This document shows positions 32,149 through 44,020 of a stretch of 64,000 nt of DNA, piece by piece. Source of the DNA: Verrucomicrobiota bacterium (GTDB lineage: Bacteria; Verrucomicrobiota; Verrucomicrobiia; Opitutales; Coraliomargaritaceae). The position numbers and the translations under genes were made by a program. Positions within the stretch are counted from its first letter, which is position 1. Each line of letters starts with the position of its first letter. The notes under the pieces are model-generated. The model was given only the letters and a program-made list of their open reading frames with translations. It did not search any database and was not told the origin of the DNA. The stretch spans positions 1-64,000 of the forward strand of contig JBCBZJ010000008.1 of NCBI GenBank assembly GCA_039815375.1, given 5' to 3'.

Positions 32149-33078
32149 ATGGCTGCCGAACGACGCTATAGCTGTGAATTTTTGAGTAGTCGCCTGAGCT
32201 GGGTGGACTTGGATGCGGATTACCTGCGTCAGTTGGTCGGTCTTGCAAAAATTGAAGATATGGCCGGTGCCGGTCTCAAGCAGCGCCCTACCCGTTTGGG
32301 TGATGTGACTACGGCTCTCATGCCCGAAGGAGCTCATGGCTCGGCCAAGCTGGTGGCGCGTGAGCCGATGGTTCTGAGCGGCATAGGAATGGTCTCGTTG
32401 ACTTTGGAGGCCTATGGCGAGGCTGTTGAGTTCGTGCCGTCGGTTGCAGATGGAGATCTCCTGGCAAGCGGCGACGTGATAGGCACCTTGCAAGGCGAGG
32501 CTGCTTTAATGCTTCAGGCGGAGCGGGTTTTATTGAATTTCCTGCAGCATCTCTCCGGCATTGCTACTGAGACACGGACTTACGTCGACGCTTTGGGAGA
32601 GAGCTCTACGGTGCTGCTCGATACACGTAAGACATTGCCTGGATACCGGGTGCTGCAGAAATATGCCTTTGCATGTGGCGGCGGCGTGAACCACCGCATC
32701 GGCTTGTTCGACCGAGTCATGCTCAAGGATAACCATCTTGAAGTGGCCGGAGCGAATGGTGGCGACCGGCTGACTGAGGCGGTTGCTCGAGCAAGAAGCA
32801 CCTGTGAGGATCTCCCGGTCGAAGTGGAGGTGGATCGTGTCGACCAGATTGTTCCTGTGCTGGAGGCGGGGGCCGACGTCATCTTGTTGGATAATTTTTC
32901 GATCGAAGAACTGAAGACTGCAGTTCGGCTAATTGAGAGGCGTGCCTGCACCGAAGCCAGTGGTGGTATCCGCCTGGATACATTAGGAGATCTGGGGCAA
33001 CTCGGTCTCGACTTTATTTCGACGGGTGCACCCGTTCACCAAAGCACTTGGAAAGATATTGGTCTGGACTGGTCATGA
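32149..33078 (+). CDS. nadC: Nicotinate-nucleotide diphosphorylase (carboxylating)
   Basis: [48 protein letters not shown]. Confidence 0.96.
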   Translation: MAAERRYSCEFLSSRLSWVDLDADYLRQLVGLAKIEDMAGAGLKQRPTRLGDVTTALMPEGAHGSAKLVAREPMVLSGIGMVSLTLEAYGEAVEFVPSVADGDLLASGDVIGTLQGEAALMLQAERVLLNFLQHLSGIATETRTYVDALGESSTVLLDTRKTLPGYRVLQKYAFACGGGVNHRIGLFDRVMLKDNHLEVAGANGGDRLTEAVARARSTCEDLPVEVEVDRVDQIVPVLEAGADVILLDNFSIEELKTAVRLIERRACTEASGGIRLDTLGDLGQLGLDFISTGAPVHQSTWKDIGLDWS

Positions 33079-34097
33079 GTGACAAGGCTTTCGCTTTCCA
33101 AAATCGCGCAATCGACTCAGATAGTGTGTTCATACTCAAAGCTCTCAAGGATGCGGGAGACGATTTCCTCTCAGGTAGTGTTTTGGCAGAGCAGCTCGGC
33201 GTGTCGCGCCCTGCGGTCCATGGAAAACTTGATAAGCTTCGTGAAGAAGGATTTGAAATTGAGGCGGTGCGTAACCGAGGCTACCGCATCACAAAAGAGC
33301 CGGAAGTCCTGCATCCTGCGCTTCTTCGACAAGAGCTCGACGAGTTGGGAAGCTCCATCAGCTTGATTTTCTTTTCCGCGATTGACAGCACAAACAATGA
33401 AGCAGAGCGCCGGATTGCCTCAAGAGAGCCCGCCCCCTTTGCGATTGTTTCCAGTTGCCAGACAAATGGTCGCGGTCGCTTGGGTCGCGAATGGTATAGT
33501 GCTTCTGCTGATAACCTTTATCTATCTGTATTGTTTGAGCCCAACATTCCGCCGCAGCAGCTTCAGCATTTTACGCTTTGGTCGGGTATCTGCATCTGCC
33601 GAAAACTGCAGGCATTGGTTCCGGATGCACCTCTCCAAATAAAGTGGCCGAACGACCTGCACTGCAAAGGGCGAAAAGTTGCAGGCATGCTGACCGAAGC
33701 GAAGATGGATGCCGATTGCATTCGGAGCATCGTTTTCGGGCTGGGACTCAACGTTAACTCGAACCCGAACGATTTCCCGTCTCAAATACGAGCTTTGGCC
33801 ACGAGTTTATATGCGATTTGCGGTATGGAGCTGCCGCTGAATCGTGTTGCCGCCTCTGCTATATCTGCAATTGAGGAGGCATACTCTATATGTATTGAAA
33901 ATACGGATACAAATTCCCTGCCGGAAGCCTGGTCAGCGCTCGATGTGTTAAGGGGCAAGCTGGTTACTGCGGTTATAGACGGAAAAGAGATTTCTGGAAT
34001 TGCTGCAGGGATTGACTCCAGCGGAGCTCTCTTGCTCGCTATGCGCGATGGAAGTGAACGTGCGATCCGGGCGGGTGATGTGACTTTGAAAAAATGA
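33075..34097 (+). CDS. birA: Biotin--[acetyl-CoA carboxylase] ligase / repressor with N-terminal HTH
   Basis: [36 protein letters not shown]. Confidence 0.95.
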   Translation: MSDKAFAFQNRAIDSDSVFILKALKDAGDDFLSGSVLAEQLGVSRPAVHGKLDKLREEGFEIEAVRNRGYRITKEPEVLHPALLRQELDELGSSISLIFFSAIDSTNNEAERRIASREPAPFAIVSSCQTNGRGRLGREWYSASADNLYLSVLFEPNIPPQQLQHFTLWSGICICRKLQALVPDAPLQIKWPNDLHCKGRKVAGMLTEAKMDADCIRSIVFGLGLNVNSNPNDFPSQIRALATSLYAICGMELPLNRVAASAISAIEEAYSICIENTDTNSLPEAWSALDVLRGKLVTAVIDGKEISGIAAGIDSSGALLLAMRDGSERAIRAGDVTLKK

Positions 34098-34861
34098 AGC
34101 AGCTTTGCATAGATGTTGGGAATACGGGCACGCATTATGGCTTGGTCGAAGGCCGCGAGGTCAGTGCTACTGGCCATTTCCCGACAGCTGCGTTCCTCAA
34201 GGGGCCTTCGAAACTGTTTTTCGATACGGTCGCACCTCTTCTGGCTGAGGCAAAAAGGGTTTCGTTCTGCTCTGTCTTCCCGTCGGTAAATGAAAACCTG
34301 CGTGCGAGCCTTTCGTGTGTGACTTTACCCCTCTTCCATCTGACCCACGAGAGCTGTAGGGGCTTGGACTTGGTCTATCCCAAACCGGCCGAGATTGGCC
34401 AGGACCGTATCGCGAACGCCATTGCAGCTCAGGAGTTTTTCGGCACCCCGGCGGTCGTTATCGACATGGGCACTGCAGTGACTCTCGATATCATTTCCTC
34501 TGAGGGGTATGAAGGTGGTATCATTGCTCCCGGAATAGCGGTTATGCGAAAGTATTTGCACGAGCAAACGGCTCTGCTTCCGGAGCTTTCGGAAGATGAT
34601 CTTGTGGATGTGAAAGGTGCGATCGGCAAGTCCACGGTTCACGCCATGCAGATTGGCGTGGCAGTTGGTTTCTCCGGTATGGTTGAAGCTTTATTGCAGC
34701 GAGTCAGAGTCGAAATGCTTCTGAAGAACGATACTGAGCCAGTAGTTCTTTCGACCGGCGGTAGCGCGACCAGTTTAACCGGTGACTGGTCGCAGAAGTG
34801 TGAATTTGTTCCGGACCTGACTCTGGTGGGCCTAGCTGCTGCAGCTCAGCGAGCAGGCTGA
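34094..34861 (+). CDS. coaX: Type III pantothenate kinase
   Basis: [30 protein letters not shown]. Confidence 0.93.
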   Translation: MKQLCIDVGNTGTHYGLVEGREVSATGHFPTAAFLKGPSKLFFDTVAPLLAEAKRVSFCSVFPSVNENLRASLSCVTLPLFHLTHESCRGLDLVYPKPAEIGQDRIANAIAAQEFFGTPAVVIDMGTAVTLDIISSEGYEGGIIAPGIAVMRKYLHEQTALLPELSEDDLVDVKGAIGKSTVHAMQIGVAVGFSGMVEALLQRVRVEMLLKNDTEPVVLSTGGSATSLTGDWSQKCEFVPDLTLVGLAAAAQRAG

Positions 34862-34862
34862 T

Positions 34863-35099
34863 TCAGTCTTCACCGTCTTCGCCAATAGCCTCTACCGGGC
34901 AGCCTTCGAGCGCTTCCATGCAGAGCTCTTCGTCCTCCGGTGTCGTTGGCTGGGTATGAACGAAGGAATATCCGCCGTCTTCGTTCCGTGTGAAAAAGTC
35001 CGGAGCGGTTTCACGGCAAAGATCACAGTCGATGCACTGTTCATCGACGTAAAATTTTCCTTCTTTGTTTTCTGGCCATTTTTCGTCCTTTTCTGCCAT
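34863..35099 (-). CDS. Ferredoxin
   Basis: CIDCDLC...CPVEAIG; start ATG 35099. Confidence 0.92.
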   Translation of the reverse strand: MAEKDEKWPENKEGKFYVDEQCIDCDLCRETAPDFFTRNEDGGYSFVHTQPTTPEDEELCMEALEGCPVEAIGEDGED

Positions 35100-35249
35100 G
35101 TGCGGCAACATCAGGCATTTAGCTACGGAGTCAAGCGGAAGCAGCAATCCAAATCAGAGGAAATCACTCAGCACTTGCGCCAGAGGAACTGCTAGACATA
35201 TTTGGGGTCCTTTTGCGTGCAAGGCACTAGCTTTGCTAAGATTATTGAA

Positions 35250-36185
35250 ATGCCTTTATACGACCGACCATATATGCGCCAGACGCCTGATGAGCCCGAG
35301 AGCGCTAAGGCCAGCATGGTAACCACCCTGTTGGTGATCACGGTAGGCGTTTTTGTTTTACAAGAGGTGCTCGACGTCTTTCTACCGGGTCCCGGTGGTC
35401 GTGGAAACTATTTCCTCGCAGAGTGGTTTGCGCTGAGTGCGGAGCATTTCATGCAGCTGAAAGTCTGGACGATTCTCAGTTATGGCTTTCTCCACAGCGA
35501 TGCCTGGATGACCTTCTTTTTTATCCCGATACCGTTCGCGCACTTGGTCTTCAACATGCTTATGCTCTATTTTATGGGCCGGCATGTCGAAGCAGTGTTG
35601 GGGAGAGAGCAGTTTCTCTTTTTCTACTTAGGCTGCATTTTAGCCGGAGGGTTATTCTTTTTACTCTTTAATTTCAACAATGCTCATCTGGCGATTGGGG
35701 CGTCAGGAGGCATTGCCGGAGTCTTGTCTTACTTCTGCCTACGCTATCCGGAGAGGCAACTCGTCCTGATTCCGATCCCGATTCCGGTCAAGGCGAAGTG
35801 GATTTTCTACTTCGGACTTGGGGTTTCGCTTCTTGGCGCTTTTGGAAAATGGTTCGGATATGTCGACGGTATTGCGCACTCGGCCCACCTTGGCGGCATC
35901 GTTGCTGCGATAGTTTATTACCGCTTTTTGCAAGATGCATCCGGCAGCTTCCGCAATCGTTCCGGGGCGGCTAAGTCCTCTGTTGAACTGCCTGATTGGT
36001 TCAAACGGAAGAACCGACAGACGTCCGTTCGCAAGCCCAACTATACCGTCAATCGCACAAACCGAGACGATCTCCAACAAGAGGTGGATCGTATTCTCGA
36101 CAAGATCAACGCAACAGGATTTGGCTCTCTTTCCGATATTGAGAAGGAGACGCTCGACCGAGCTAAAGATATTCTACGTAACTAA
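35250..36185 (+). CDS. Rhomboid family intramembrane serine protease with C-terminal DUF6576-like tail
   Basis: [27 protein letters not shown]...G..SL. Confidence 0.92.
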   Translation: MPLYDRPYMRQTPDEPESAKASMVTTLLVITVGVFVLQEVLDVFLPGPGGRGNYFLAEWFALSAEHFMQLKVWTILSYGFLHSDAWMTFFFIPIPFAHLVFNMLMLYFMGRHVEAVLGREQFLFFYLGCILAGGLFFLLFNFNNAHLAIGASGGIAGVLSYFCLRYPERQLVLIPIPIPVKAKWIFYFGLGVSLLGAFGKWFGYVDGIAHSAHLGGIVAAIVYYRFLQDASGSFRNRSGAAKSSVELPDWFKRKNRQTSVRKPNYTVNRTNRDDLQQEVDRILDKINATGFGSLSDIEKETLDRAKDILRN

Positions 36186-36186
36186 T

Positions 36187-38592
36187 ATGAGTCGTTCTTT
36201 CCGTTTCTTCGCGCGGGCACTGGTCCCCGCTCTTGCCACTCTCCTGCTCTCCTGTTCTTCGCAAGCCGTCGAGGAGACCGACAAGCTCGAGCCTTCACTC
36301 GAGATGGCTTCGCAAACACGCTGGGTGGTGAATACGATCAACGCCCGTCATTATCTTCGCGAAAGTATGCAAAAGCTTGATGGCGAAGAAATGGTGCAGG
36401 CCTACATCGAATCCTTCGACTATTCGCGAATGTATTTTCTCCAGCCTGAGATCGAGAAATTCAACTTTCGCTTTGCTTCCGCGATGGAGAATTTTCTTGA
36501 GAAAGGTAATCTTTATGCCGCCTTTGAGATTTACGAGACCTTCAAGTCCAAGGCGCTGATGCGGAAGCAATGGACTCTTGCGCGGCTGGACGAGGATTGG
36601 AACTTCACAGTCAACGAAACCTTCCGCCCGGATCGCCGTGAAGAGCCTTGGCCTGCCACAGATGAAGAGGCAGATGCCCTTTGGGAGCGCCGTTTGAAGT
36701 ATGAACTCCTCAACGAGCTCATGTCTCTGGCCTCTGAAGATACCATTTCTTCCGATGCGGAATCTTCGGAAGAGATGCCTAGCGTAATGACCGATTCAGG
36801 CAAGGACGACGATGAAGAGTTCGACCCTGCGAAAATCCAGCGACTTCTCGAAGACAAGGTCTTTTATGCCGAGAAACTTGATGAAGCCCGCGATAAGATA
36901 CGCCGCCGCTACGAAAGAAACCTGAAGCATACCATCGAACGCGAGGCAGCAGAAGTGCAGGAGTCCTTTATTAATGCGATGACTCAGCTCTTCGACCCCC
37001 ACTCTACTTTCCTTTCTTCTGATACGCTCGAGAGCTTTAACTCTTCGGTCCAGAACTCTTTTGTCGGAATCGGTGCGATGCTTCAGGATGTCGACGGAAT
37101 CTGCACGATCAAAGAGCTTCTTCCCGGTGGCCCTGCCGAGGAGTCCCGTCAGCTTGAGCCCGAAGATGAAATTCTTGGCGTCGCTCAGGGGAGCACAGAG
37201 TTCGAAGATGTTATCGACATGGAGCTTCGCTATATTGTCCGAAAAATAAAAGGCGAGAAAGGCACGACAGTGCGCCTCCTTATCCGCCCCGGTGATTCTG
37301 CCGATCCTTCCGTTCGTAAAATCGTTTCTATTACCCGCGATGAGGTAAAGCTCACTGCGAATCTTGCCAGCGCCACTCTGATCACTGTTCCGGTAGACGG
37401 TGAGCGCAGCGTTCCGGTGGGTGTGATCGAGCTGCCCTCGTTCTATGGTAATATTGGTGCAGGCAATACGTTGACTACCACCTCGGACGACGTAACTGAG
37501 CTACTGAACAAACTACGCAAACTCGGTGCCGAAGGTATTATCCTCGACTTGAGAATGAACGGTGGCGGCCTGCTGAGTGAAGCGGTTCGTTTGGCCGGGC
37601 TTTTTATTCCTGTCGGTCCAGTGGTTCAAGTTCGTGACAAAGATGGTCGCACTGATGTCCTTTCCGACCGCGATCCACGCATGCTGTGGGACGGGCCTTT
37701 AATTGTTCTAACGTCTCGCTTCAGCGCCTCCGCTTCGGAGATTGTAGCCGGTGCACTTCAGGATCACGACCGTGCACTCATTGTAGGTAACAGCTCGACC
37801 CACGGTAAAGGAACCGTTCAGGAGGTTTATCACATGAACAACAGATTGCCCTTCTCCTGGTTTAAGACTGCCGAACCGGAAGCACGCCCCGTGGCTTCAA
37901 AGATAACAATCAAGCAATTCTATCTTCCTGACGGGAGCTCGACTCAAGTGAAGGGTGTGCCTTCGGATATCGCGCTACCCTCGGTCAACGAGTTCCTCCC
38001 TATCGGTGAGGACGACCTGCCACATGCTTTGCCCTGGGATCAAATTAAGAAAGTCGATTGGATTACCGACTGGGCTAAATTGAAAGTCGATAGCCCGGAA
38101 GACCCTGCTCTTCTGGAAGCTCTGGGTTCTGCAAGCCAGGCTCGCCAGGACACGCTCGAAGAATTCCAATTTCTCAAACAACAGATCGAATGGAGGCGTG
38201 AACGTTTCGACGAGAAGGAAATTTCCGTTAACCTCGCTGAGCGTATCGACAGAAAAATTGAGGAACAGGCCTACATCGAGGAACTTGATGATACCTTTGA
38301 TGTACTGAAGGAGGAGAATTACCCAATGACCGAGGTCCTGCTGGCTGTCACTGAAGAGCAGAATGCCTTGTCCGAAAAAAACCTTTCTGAACCAATTGAA
38401 GCAGGAGACTACGAAAAGAAGGCAGATACACCACAAGCTGCTTCCGAAGCCGACCAGACGATTGAAATTGCAATGGAGGAAGAAGAAGAGGACGAACCAA
38501 GCTATGATATCTATTTGCGCGAAAGCGCCCGCATCATGGCAGACTGGATACTCGAAGTCGCTCCGGAGCGATTGGTGAGTATCAGCAAGTAG
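36187..38592 (+). CDS. prc: Carboxy-terminal (tail-specific) processing protease, S41 family
   Basis: DPHS, GIGA (PDZ), [34 protein letters not shown]. Confidence 0.92.
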   Translation: MSRSFRFFARALVPALATLLLSCSSQAVEETDKLEPSLEMASQTRWVVNTINARHYLRESMQKLDGEEMVQAYIESFDYSRMYFLQPEIEKFNFRFASAMENFLEKGNLYAAFEIYETFKSKALMRKQWTLARLDEDWNFTVNETFRPDRREEPWPATDEEADALWERRLKYELLNELMSLASEDTISSDAESSEEMPSVMTDSGKDDDEEFDPAKIQRLLEDKVFYAEKLDEARDKIRRRYERNLKHTIEREAAEVQESFINAMTQLFDPHSTFLSSDTLESFNSSVQNSFVGIGAMLQDVDGICTIKELLPGGPAEESRQLEPEDEILGVAQGSTEFEDVIDMELRYIVRKIKGEKGTTVRLLIRPGDSADPSVRKIVSITRDEVKLTANLASATLITVPVDGERSVPVGVIELPSFYGNIGAGNTLTTTSDDVTELLNKLRKLGAEGIILDLRMNGGGLLSEAVRLAGLFIPVGPVVQVRDKDGRTDVLSDRDPRMLWDGPLIVLTSRFSASASEIVAGALQDHDRALIVGNSSTHGKGTVQEVYHMNNRLPFSWFKTAEPEARPVASKITIKQFYLPDGSSTQVKGVPSDIALPSVNEFLPIGEDDLPHALPWDQIKKVDWITDWAKLKVDSPEDPALLEALGSASQARQDTLEEFQFLKQQIEWRRERFDEKEISVNLAERIDRKIEEQAYIEELDDTFDVLKEENYPMTEVLLAVTEEQNALSEKNLSEPIEAGDYEKKADTPQAASEADQTIEIAMEEEEEDEPSYDIYLRESARIMADWILEVAPERLVSISK

Positions 38593-38724
38593 TCCATTGA
38601 TCGTGGTTTTGTTTAGGAATTACAACATTCGGGAATCTATTACGGACCTTCGAGCCTTTTGACTTCGACGGCGAGTATCCTGTAGCGCACAAAGCCAGCC
38701 AAGCATCAAGCACCTTTCAGAATA

Positions 38725-38916
38725 ATGGAAGCTGGGAAAAAAGACTTGTGGAAGGCTGCAACTTTTAAAGGTGCACGGAAAGCGCAGAATGCTGAATTTG
38801 CGCAGCGATCTTTAGTTGAACGCCTCCGCTGGTGCTGCGAAATGTCCGAAATGATTCGGTTACGTGACATATCAGAAGGCAAAGCACCGCCCGCTTTTCG
38901 GGACCGCTACAATTGA
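38725..38916 (+). CDS. Small hypothetical protein
   Basis: 63 aa ORF; W..ATF.GAR..Q......S..ERL.W pattern resembles small proteins in TA-like pairs (recollection, unverified). Confidence 0.45.
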   Translation: MEAGKKDLWKAATFKGARKAQNAEFAQRSLVERLRWCCEMSEMIRLRDISEGKAPPAFRDRYN

Positions 38917-39749
38917 GCAAAGTAGAATCTGGCGCGGCCGCTCAGGTCTGCACGGCTTTCACCCTTTAGCCCCGCGCTTTTGGAAAGCTCGTCCAGTGCG
39001 CTGTGTTGGGCAATGCCGGTCTCCAGTGCGAGTAGCCCGCCTCCAGCAAGGTAGCCCGGGGCTCCAGTTACAATTTGCCGCAGGTCATCGAGGCCGTCGG
39101 CTCCTGAAACTAAGGCGCTGCTCGGCTCATGTTCTATTACCTCGGCTTCAGCAGTCTGCATTTCTACGTCCGTCAGATATGGTGGGTTGGAAACGATGAG
39201 GTCGAATGCTGCTTCCCCTGAAAGTGCTGACCACCAGTCACCTTTTTTAAAACGTATCCGATTTCCGGATACATACTTTTCTGAGTTGTCTCTGGCCAGT
39301 TGGAGAGCATCCGCACTTTGATCGGTTGCGAGCACCTCAGCCTCTGGAAAGGCTACGGCCAGCGCAATGGCGATGGCTCCACTGCCGGTGCCGAGATCGA
39401 GTATACGGGCCGGTGGTTGACTCATACGGTTGCGAATGTATTCGACGAGTTCTTCCGTTTCCGGACGCGGGATAAGCGCTCGCGTATCGACTTTCAGCTT
39501 CAGCCCCGAGAATTCGACGGTACCCAGAATATATTGGAGCGGCTCGCGCTGGGCGCGTCGTTTAACGAGTGGACGCAGTTCGTTCAACTGGCTTTCGGTC
39601 AGTGGGCGTTCGATATCGAGGTAAAGCTCCAGCCTTTTCAAGCCGAGCACGTGGGCGATCAGGAGGTCGGTGTCCAGTTTCGGATTGGGAACGTCCTTTC
39701 CTACAAAGTAAGCAACGGTCTTTTCCTGGATCTCGCGGATGCTTAACAT
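38907..39749 (-). CDS. prmC: Release factor glutamine methyltransferase
   Basis: [29 protein letters not shown]. Confidence 0.96.
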   Translation of the reverse strand: MLSIREIQEKTVAYFVGKDVPNPKLDTDLLIAHVLGLKRLELYLDIERPLTESQLNELRPLVKRRAQREPLQYILGTVEFSGLKLKVDTRALIPRPETEELVEYIRNRMSQPPARILDLGTGSGAIAIALAVAFPEAEVLATDQSADALQLARDNSEKYVSGNRIRFKKGDWWSALSGEAAFDLIVSNPPYLTDVEMQTAEAEVIEHEPSSALVSGADGLDDLRQIVTGAPGYLAGGGLLALETGIAQHSALDELSKSAGLKGESRADLSGRARFYFAQL

Positions 39750-39771
39750 GGATTCATTTGAGCGGATGCTC

Positions 39772-40056
39772 CTACGGGTTGATTAGAGCTATGCCAAGGT
39801 CTTTAAAATCCTTCGTGTGCCGACTCACAAGGGTCAGGCAATGGCACTTCGCCGTTGCTGCAATCCGTGCACCGATTGCAGGCAGTGTGCGGATATTGGA
39901 AAACATCGATCTCGTTTCACAGACTGGAAGAGTACCCGCCAGAATGCTGATCCAGCACGTATGCAAACAATGCCGTGCCTGAGAGGCAAGAATATGAACA
40001 TCGGCCGAGCGTCGTCGAATCTCAGAGATGCCTTTTGTATCCATTAGAAATGGCAC
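39772..40056 (-). pseudogene. Degenerate VapC/PIN toxin remnant
   Basis: FLMDTKGISEIRR (cf. LLDTNVISELRK) and IAATAKCHCLTLVSRHTKDF..LGI.LINP; middle shortened and degenerate. Confidence 0.65.
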
Positions 40057-40124
40057 TGAGAGGGTATCTAATAAGTTACTTCTCATGTCTTGCGAAATCG
40101 AAGCCAGCGAAGCGGGAATCGGCT

Positions 40125-41213
40125 CTAGGCTTCCTGTTTGTTCAGCAGGTTTTCGATCCGGGCTTCGTAGTCGTAGTTCTGCAGCGCATTGATTAGCTCC
40201 TCGAGATCGCCGTCGATGACAGATGGGAGTGAGAGGTTCATTCCGATCCGATGGTCACTAAGACGGCCTTGGGGATAGTTGTAGGTGCGGATACGTTCGG
40301 AGCGGTCGCCGGTTCCAATCTGGCCCTTCCGCTCAGCGGCATACTTTGCATTTTCTTCGTCAATCTTTGCTTGGAGCAGTCGCGAACGCATCACTTCCAT
40401 GGCCTTCGCCCGGTTCTTGATTTGTGAACGTTCATCGGCGCAATAGACACTCACTCCGGTTGGCTTGTGGACCATCATGACAGCTGAGTCTGTGGTGTTG
40501 ACGTGCTGGCCCCCTGCTCCGCTAGCGCGCATGGTCGAGATTTCAAGTTCGTTCGGGTTGATCTCGATATCGACATCTTCCGCTTCCGGCAGCACGGCTA
40601 CGGTTGCGGTCGAGGTGTGGATGCGCCCTTGAGTTTCCGTGGCCGGAACGCGCTGGACACGGTGCACGCCACTTTCGAATTTCAGGTATTTGTAGGCATC
40701 TTCACCAGTCAGTTTGAATATGATTTCTTTAAAGCCGCCGACGTCAGCAGGACTGGAACTCATGGTCTCAATGCGCCAGCCGCGGCTTTCCGCGTAGCGG
40801 CTATACATACGGAAAAGATCTCCCGCGAAGATGTTGGCCTCGTCTCCGCCGGCGCCGCCGCGGATTTCCATTACAGAGTTACGGCTGTCGGTTGCATCAG
40901 GCGGGATCATCGCGACGAGCACTTCCTTGACCAGGCTGTCGCGCTGGTTTTCCAAATCGCCGAGCTCTTCTGCTGCCATCTCACGTAGTTCGGCTTCAAC
41001 CGATTCGTCCTCCGCCATCAGCTTGTTTTCTTCAATCTGCTGAACCGTATTATGGTAAGCTTCGAATTTCTCTACGAGGCTGCTCAGTCGTTGATGTTCA
41101 CGCGAGATTTCGGCTGCTCGTCTTTGGTCTGAGTAGAAATTGGGTTCGGCCATCTGTATGTCGAGCTCGGCGAGCTTTTCTTTGAATGGCCCGATGTCGG
41201 GTATCTTGTGCAT
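40125..41213 (-). CDS. prfA: Peptide chain release factor 1
   Basis: [19 protein letters not shown] (PxT), [18 protein letters not shown]. Confidence 0.97.
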   Translation of the reverse strand: MHKIPDIGPFKEKLAELDIQMAEPNFYSDQRRAAEISREHQRLSSLVEKFEAYHNTVQQIEENKLMAEDESVEAELREMAAEELGDLENQRDSLVKEVLVAMIPPDATDSRNSVMEIRGGAGGDEANIFAGDLFRMYSRYAESRGWRIETMSSSPADVGGFKEIIFKLTGEDAYKYLKFESGVHRVQRVPATETQGRIHTSTATVAVLPEAEDVDIEINPNELEISTMRASGAGGQHVNTTDSAVMMVHKPTGVSVYCADERSQIKNRAKAMEVMRSRLLQAKIDEENAKYAAERKGQIGTGDRSERIRTYNYPQGRLSDHRIGMNLSLPSVIDGDLEELINALQNYDYEARIENLLNKQEA

Positions 41214-41284
41214 GGAGGGTGCGCCTTTCTGAAATATGCGTTGCAGTAAACAAGCTAGCCCACAACTATCAGGAGTTGCCTGCA

Positions 41285-42307
41285 ATGATGAAAAAGAACC
41301 TCCATCGCCAGAACATCGTCGCTTGTGTCTGGGATTTCGACAAGACGCTCATCCCCGGCTACATGCAGGCACCGATTTTTGAGGCTTTCGGAATCGATGA
41401 GGATCACTTTTGGAAGGAGGTCAATGCCCTCCCCGAAATCTATGCGCAACGGGGCACTCGTGTTTCTTACGATACGATTTACCTGAACCATTTGCTCAGC
41501 TATGTGAAGAATGGTTGTCTGAAGGGGTTGACGAATCAACGCCTGCGCGAACTCGGGAGCGAGCTGGTCTTCTATCCCGGTCTGCCTGATCTATTTGAAA
41601 AGCTGAAGGAAGTCGTCGCTTCGCGTGCAGAATACAAGAAACACAACATCACGCTCGAGCATTACGTTATCAGCACCGGGCTGGCAGAGATGATCAAGGG
41701 CAGTGCCATTGCGCCACACGTCGATGGAATCTTTGGCTGCGAGTTTATTGAAGCACCGCTCCCGCCGAACTATTCGAAGCAGGACGAGTTACCACTTCAG
41801 ATCGATTTCGAGCTCAGCCAGATTGGCACGATCGTGGATAACACGATCAAGACCCGCTACATCTTCGAGATTAACAAAGGTAGTAACAAGAATCCCAGTA
41901 TCGATGTGAACGCCTCGATGGACCGGGTGGATCGCAGGATTCCGATCGACCGAATGATCTATACTGCGGATGGCCCGAGCGATGTGCCGGTCTTTTCCGT
42001 GGTCAAGAGTAATGGAGGCAAGACCTACGCGGTTTTCAATCCGGAGAGTGAAGCTGAGTTCGCCCAGAATGATGCCTTACTCCACGCAGGTCGTATTCAC
42101 GCCTATGGTCTGGCCGATTATACGGAGAAAAGCACGACTGCGAAGTGGCTACGTATGCATGTGCGCCAGATTTGTGACGCAATTGTGGCCGAGTGCGAAG
42201 ACGAGCTCTCCAAGAAGGTTCGTCGTGCTCCCCGTCATTTGCATGATGATGAAGAAGAGGATTTGAAAAGAAGCACTCCGGAGCCACAGGAAGAACTTTT
42301 CGGATAA
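41285..42307 (+). CDS. HAD-superfamily hydrolase
   Basis: [23 protein letters not shown]. Confidence 0.85.
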   Translation: MMKKNLHRQNIVACVWDFDKTLIPGYMQAPIFEAFGIDEDHFWKEVNALPEIYAQRGTRVSYDTIYLNHLLSYVKNGCLKGLTNQRLRELGSELVFYPGLPDLFEKLKEVVASRAEYKKHNITLEHYVISTGLAEMIKGSAIAPHVDGIFGCEFIEAPLPPNYSKQDELPLQIDFELSQIGTIVDNTIKTRYIFEINKGSNKNPSIDVNASMDRVDRRIPIDRMIYTADGPSDVPVFSVVKSNGGKTYAVFNPESEAEFAQNDALLHAGRIHAYGLADYTEKSTTAKWLRMHVRQICDAIVAECEDELSKKVRRAPRHLHDDEEEDLKRSTPEPQEELFG

Positions 42308-42388
42308 GAAGAACTTTCGACTTATCCCGCAGGCTATTTCCTGATCCTGCACTATAGCGTGGAGGTGTCCTAAGCAAAGCGAAGATTG

Positions 42389-42462
42389 ACAAGGATGGGT
42401 GCCCTCAGCCGTCCACCGTGCCTGCCGGATGTGACGGACGCTTGAGGGCAGGCGTCCCTACC
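42389..42462. repeat. REP doublet (GTAG family), left arm degenerate
   Basis: Right arm reverse complement GGTAG-GGACGCCTG-CCCT-CAAGCGTCC, nearly identical to the REP at 62264. Confidence 0.75.
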
Positions 42463-42476
42463 CTGTGGAGAACGCT

Positions 42477-42853
42477 TCATTCGGCAGCCTCTTTATCGGG
42501 CACCCAGAACTGCATCACGAAGGGCTCCGGCTCTTTCGGGTGGGCGGCATCATAGCGCTTCTTTGCCTCAGCTAGGGCGATGCGGCGCTGGTGCTCGATT
42601 TTGAGAGCCGCGAGATGCGTATCGTAATGCGCGAGCAGGGCTTCGAGCCCGGCATTGTCCTCGCCCCCTCCGAAATGACTTCTACTTTTTCCAGTTCTAC
42701 AAGGCGTGCGGCCCCATGTTTCAGCTTTACCGCTTCGCGCGATTCGATGATCACATCCGCTTCGGAAGGGCTGAGAAAATTAGCATCTGTTCCACCGAAC
42801 AGAGCCAACGGGGCCAGGCATAGAAGGAAAATCCGAAGTAAGTAGCGTTTCAT
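42477..42853 (-). pseudogene. Frameshifted/internally deleted secreted protein gene
   Basis: Signal-peptide N-terminus (MKRYLLRIFLL...); at ~42655 a different frame reads GLEALLAHYDTHLAALKIEHQRRIALAEAKKRYDAAHPKEPEPFVMQFWVPDKEAAE*. Confidence 0.6.
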
Positions 42854-43007
42854 AAATTAGTAAAACGAGCGACAGCTTGGAAAGTTTACTTCGGTTTGAA
42901 AGTATCAGATATTCTTTTTGGATATTTTGTAGGTTCCAGAGTGGTATAGGTGCCGTTCAAAGAGCGAATCGAGCACTATTCCTATTAAAAGCCTGTAATG
43001 CCATTAG

Positions 43008-43201
43008 CATGTTCGGCCAAAGAAGTTTCGAGGGCCGGTGTTGCAGTTCAGCTGCTGCAGAAGAAGTTATCCGAGATAGATATCAAGGAGAGTCTTCAGT
43101 GTATTGAGGCCGTGTGATACAGGATCAAGGTGGTGACGCTGACCCGTCTAAGGGAAGCATTAAGTGTGAGTTGGGAAACTCTTTTACCCGGCCTCGATTA
43201 G
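43008..43201 (+). pseudogene. XRE-family HTH regulator remnant
   Basis: MFGQR..., then in another frame QKKLSEIDIKESLQCIEAV*YRIKVVTLTRLREALSVSWETLLPGLD* (HTH_3-like, internal stop). Confidence 0.5.
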
Positions 43202-43274
43202 AGTAAGAGTTGTTTTCATATGCAAAAACGACAATTGACATAAGCGCAGCTAAATATATTATTAAGCACAGCTT

Positions 43275-43733
43275 ATGAGTTTGTGGTTTGTATTTATTTC
43301 AGGCGCATTTTGCGGGTTGGTTGGTGCCTTTGCCATGACCTTTTTTATGGCGTGCGTGAGCTCAGCTTACGGTAAGCGGGTTGATATGACTCTTGCGCTT
43401 GGCAGCTATTTCATTCGGACCACGGATGGAGCGGTTATAGTCGGCCGCTTGATACATGCTGTCTCCGGCTTGGTTTTCGGTGTCGCCTACTTTGCCATCA
43501 TGCATGCGATGGGTGCCTTGGTTTTCCCTTACGCTATTTTTCTTGGTTTGGGCTTCGGCTTTTTCCACGGCTTGCTCATGAGCTACATGCTGATGTTCTA
43601 CGCAAGCGAGCGCCATCCGATCGATGACTACCGTAAAGCGACGCTTGAGGAAGGCTTACTGCACCTTGTAGGCCACTTGATTTTTGGTGGCGTGACGGGT
43701 TTACTCGGGGCGTTGGTGACGTTGATTCTTTAA
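43275..43733 (+). CDS. Hypothetical 4-TM membrane protein
   Basis: Four hydrophobic helices with His residues (IHAVSG, GHLIFG). Confidence 0.8.
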   Translation: MSLWFVFISGAFCGLVGAFAMTFFMACVSSAYGKRVDMTLALGSYFIRTTDGAVIVGRLIHAVSGLVFGVAYFAIMHAMGALVFPYAIFLGLGFGFFHGLLMSYMLMFYASERHPIDDYRKATLEEGLLHLVGHLIFGGVTGLLGALVTLIL

Positions 43734-44020
43734 CCCGCATTACGCAAACGAACTTCTCAAACTGTATTTCGATTGCTGTAAATGTTTATCAATCAACCAC
43801 ATTTCTAATGGCAAAGGATTAGGGATGTATTCACAGAAATGATATTTTCGAATTGTTCCGGTTCCGGCGGCGGCCGGACCGGTCTTGTCGCTTCGCTCGG
43901 AACTTAGGCGACCGAAGCACGTGGTTGCCTGTCAGCTCAGCAGTCACGTATTCTTATATGCTCCTTTGACCTTTAGTTGCCGAGCGCCCCCGCTCATCCT
44001 ATTGCATAAGGTGGGTTTAA
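43731..44020. mobile_element. MITE-like dispersed repeat, copy 3, with nested GC-rich palindrome
   Basis: Starts TAACCCGCATTACGCAAAC, CACATTTCTAAT, TGCCTGTCAG (43926), CAGTCACGTATTCTTATATGCTCC, ends GCATAAGGTGGGTTTAA. Confidence 0.65.

Noticed and set aside
35935..36186. Extended Prc N-terminus overlapping the rhomboid gene
   Set aside because: Signal peptide starts at ATG 36187, right after the rhomboid stop
43855..43910. Integron attC site (GCTTCGCTC-like text)
   Set aside because: No RYYYAAC...GTTRRRY box arrangement, cassette array or integrase; better explained as an insert in the MITE
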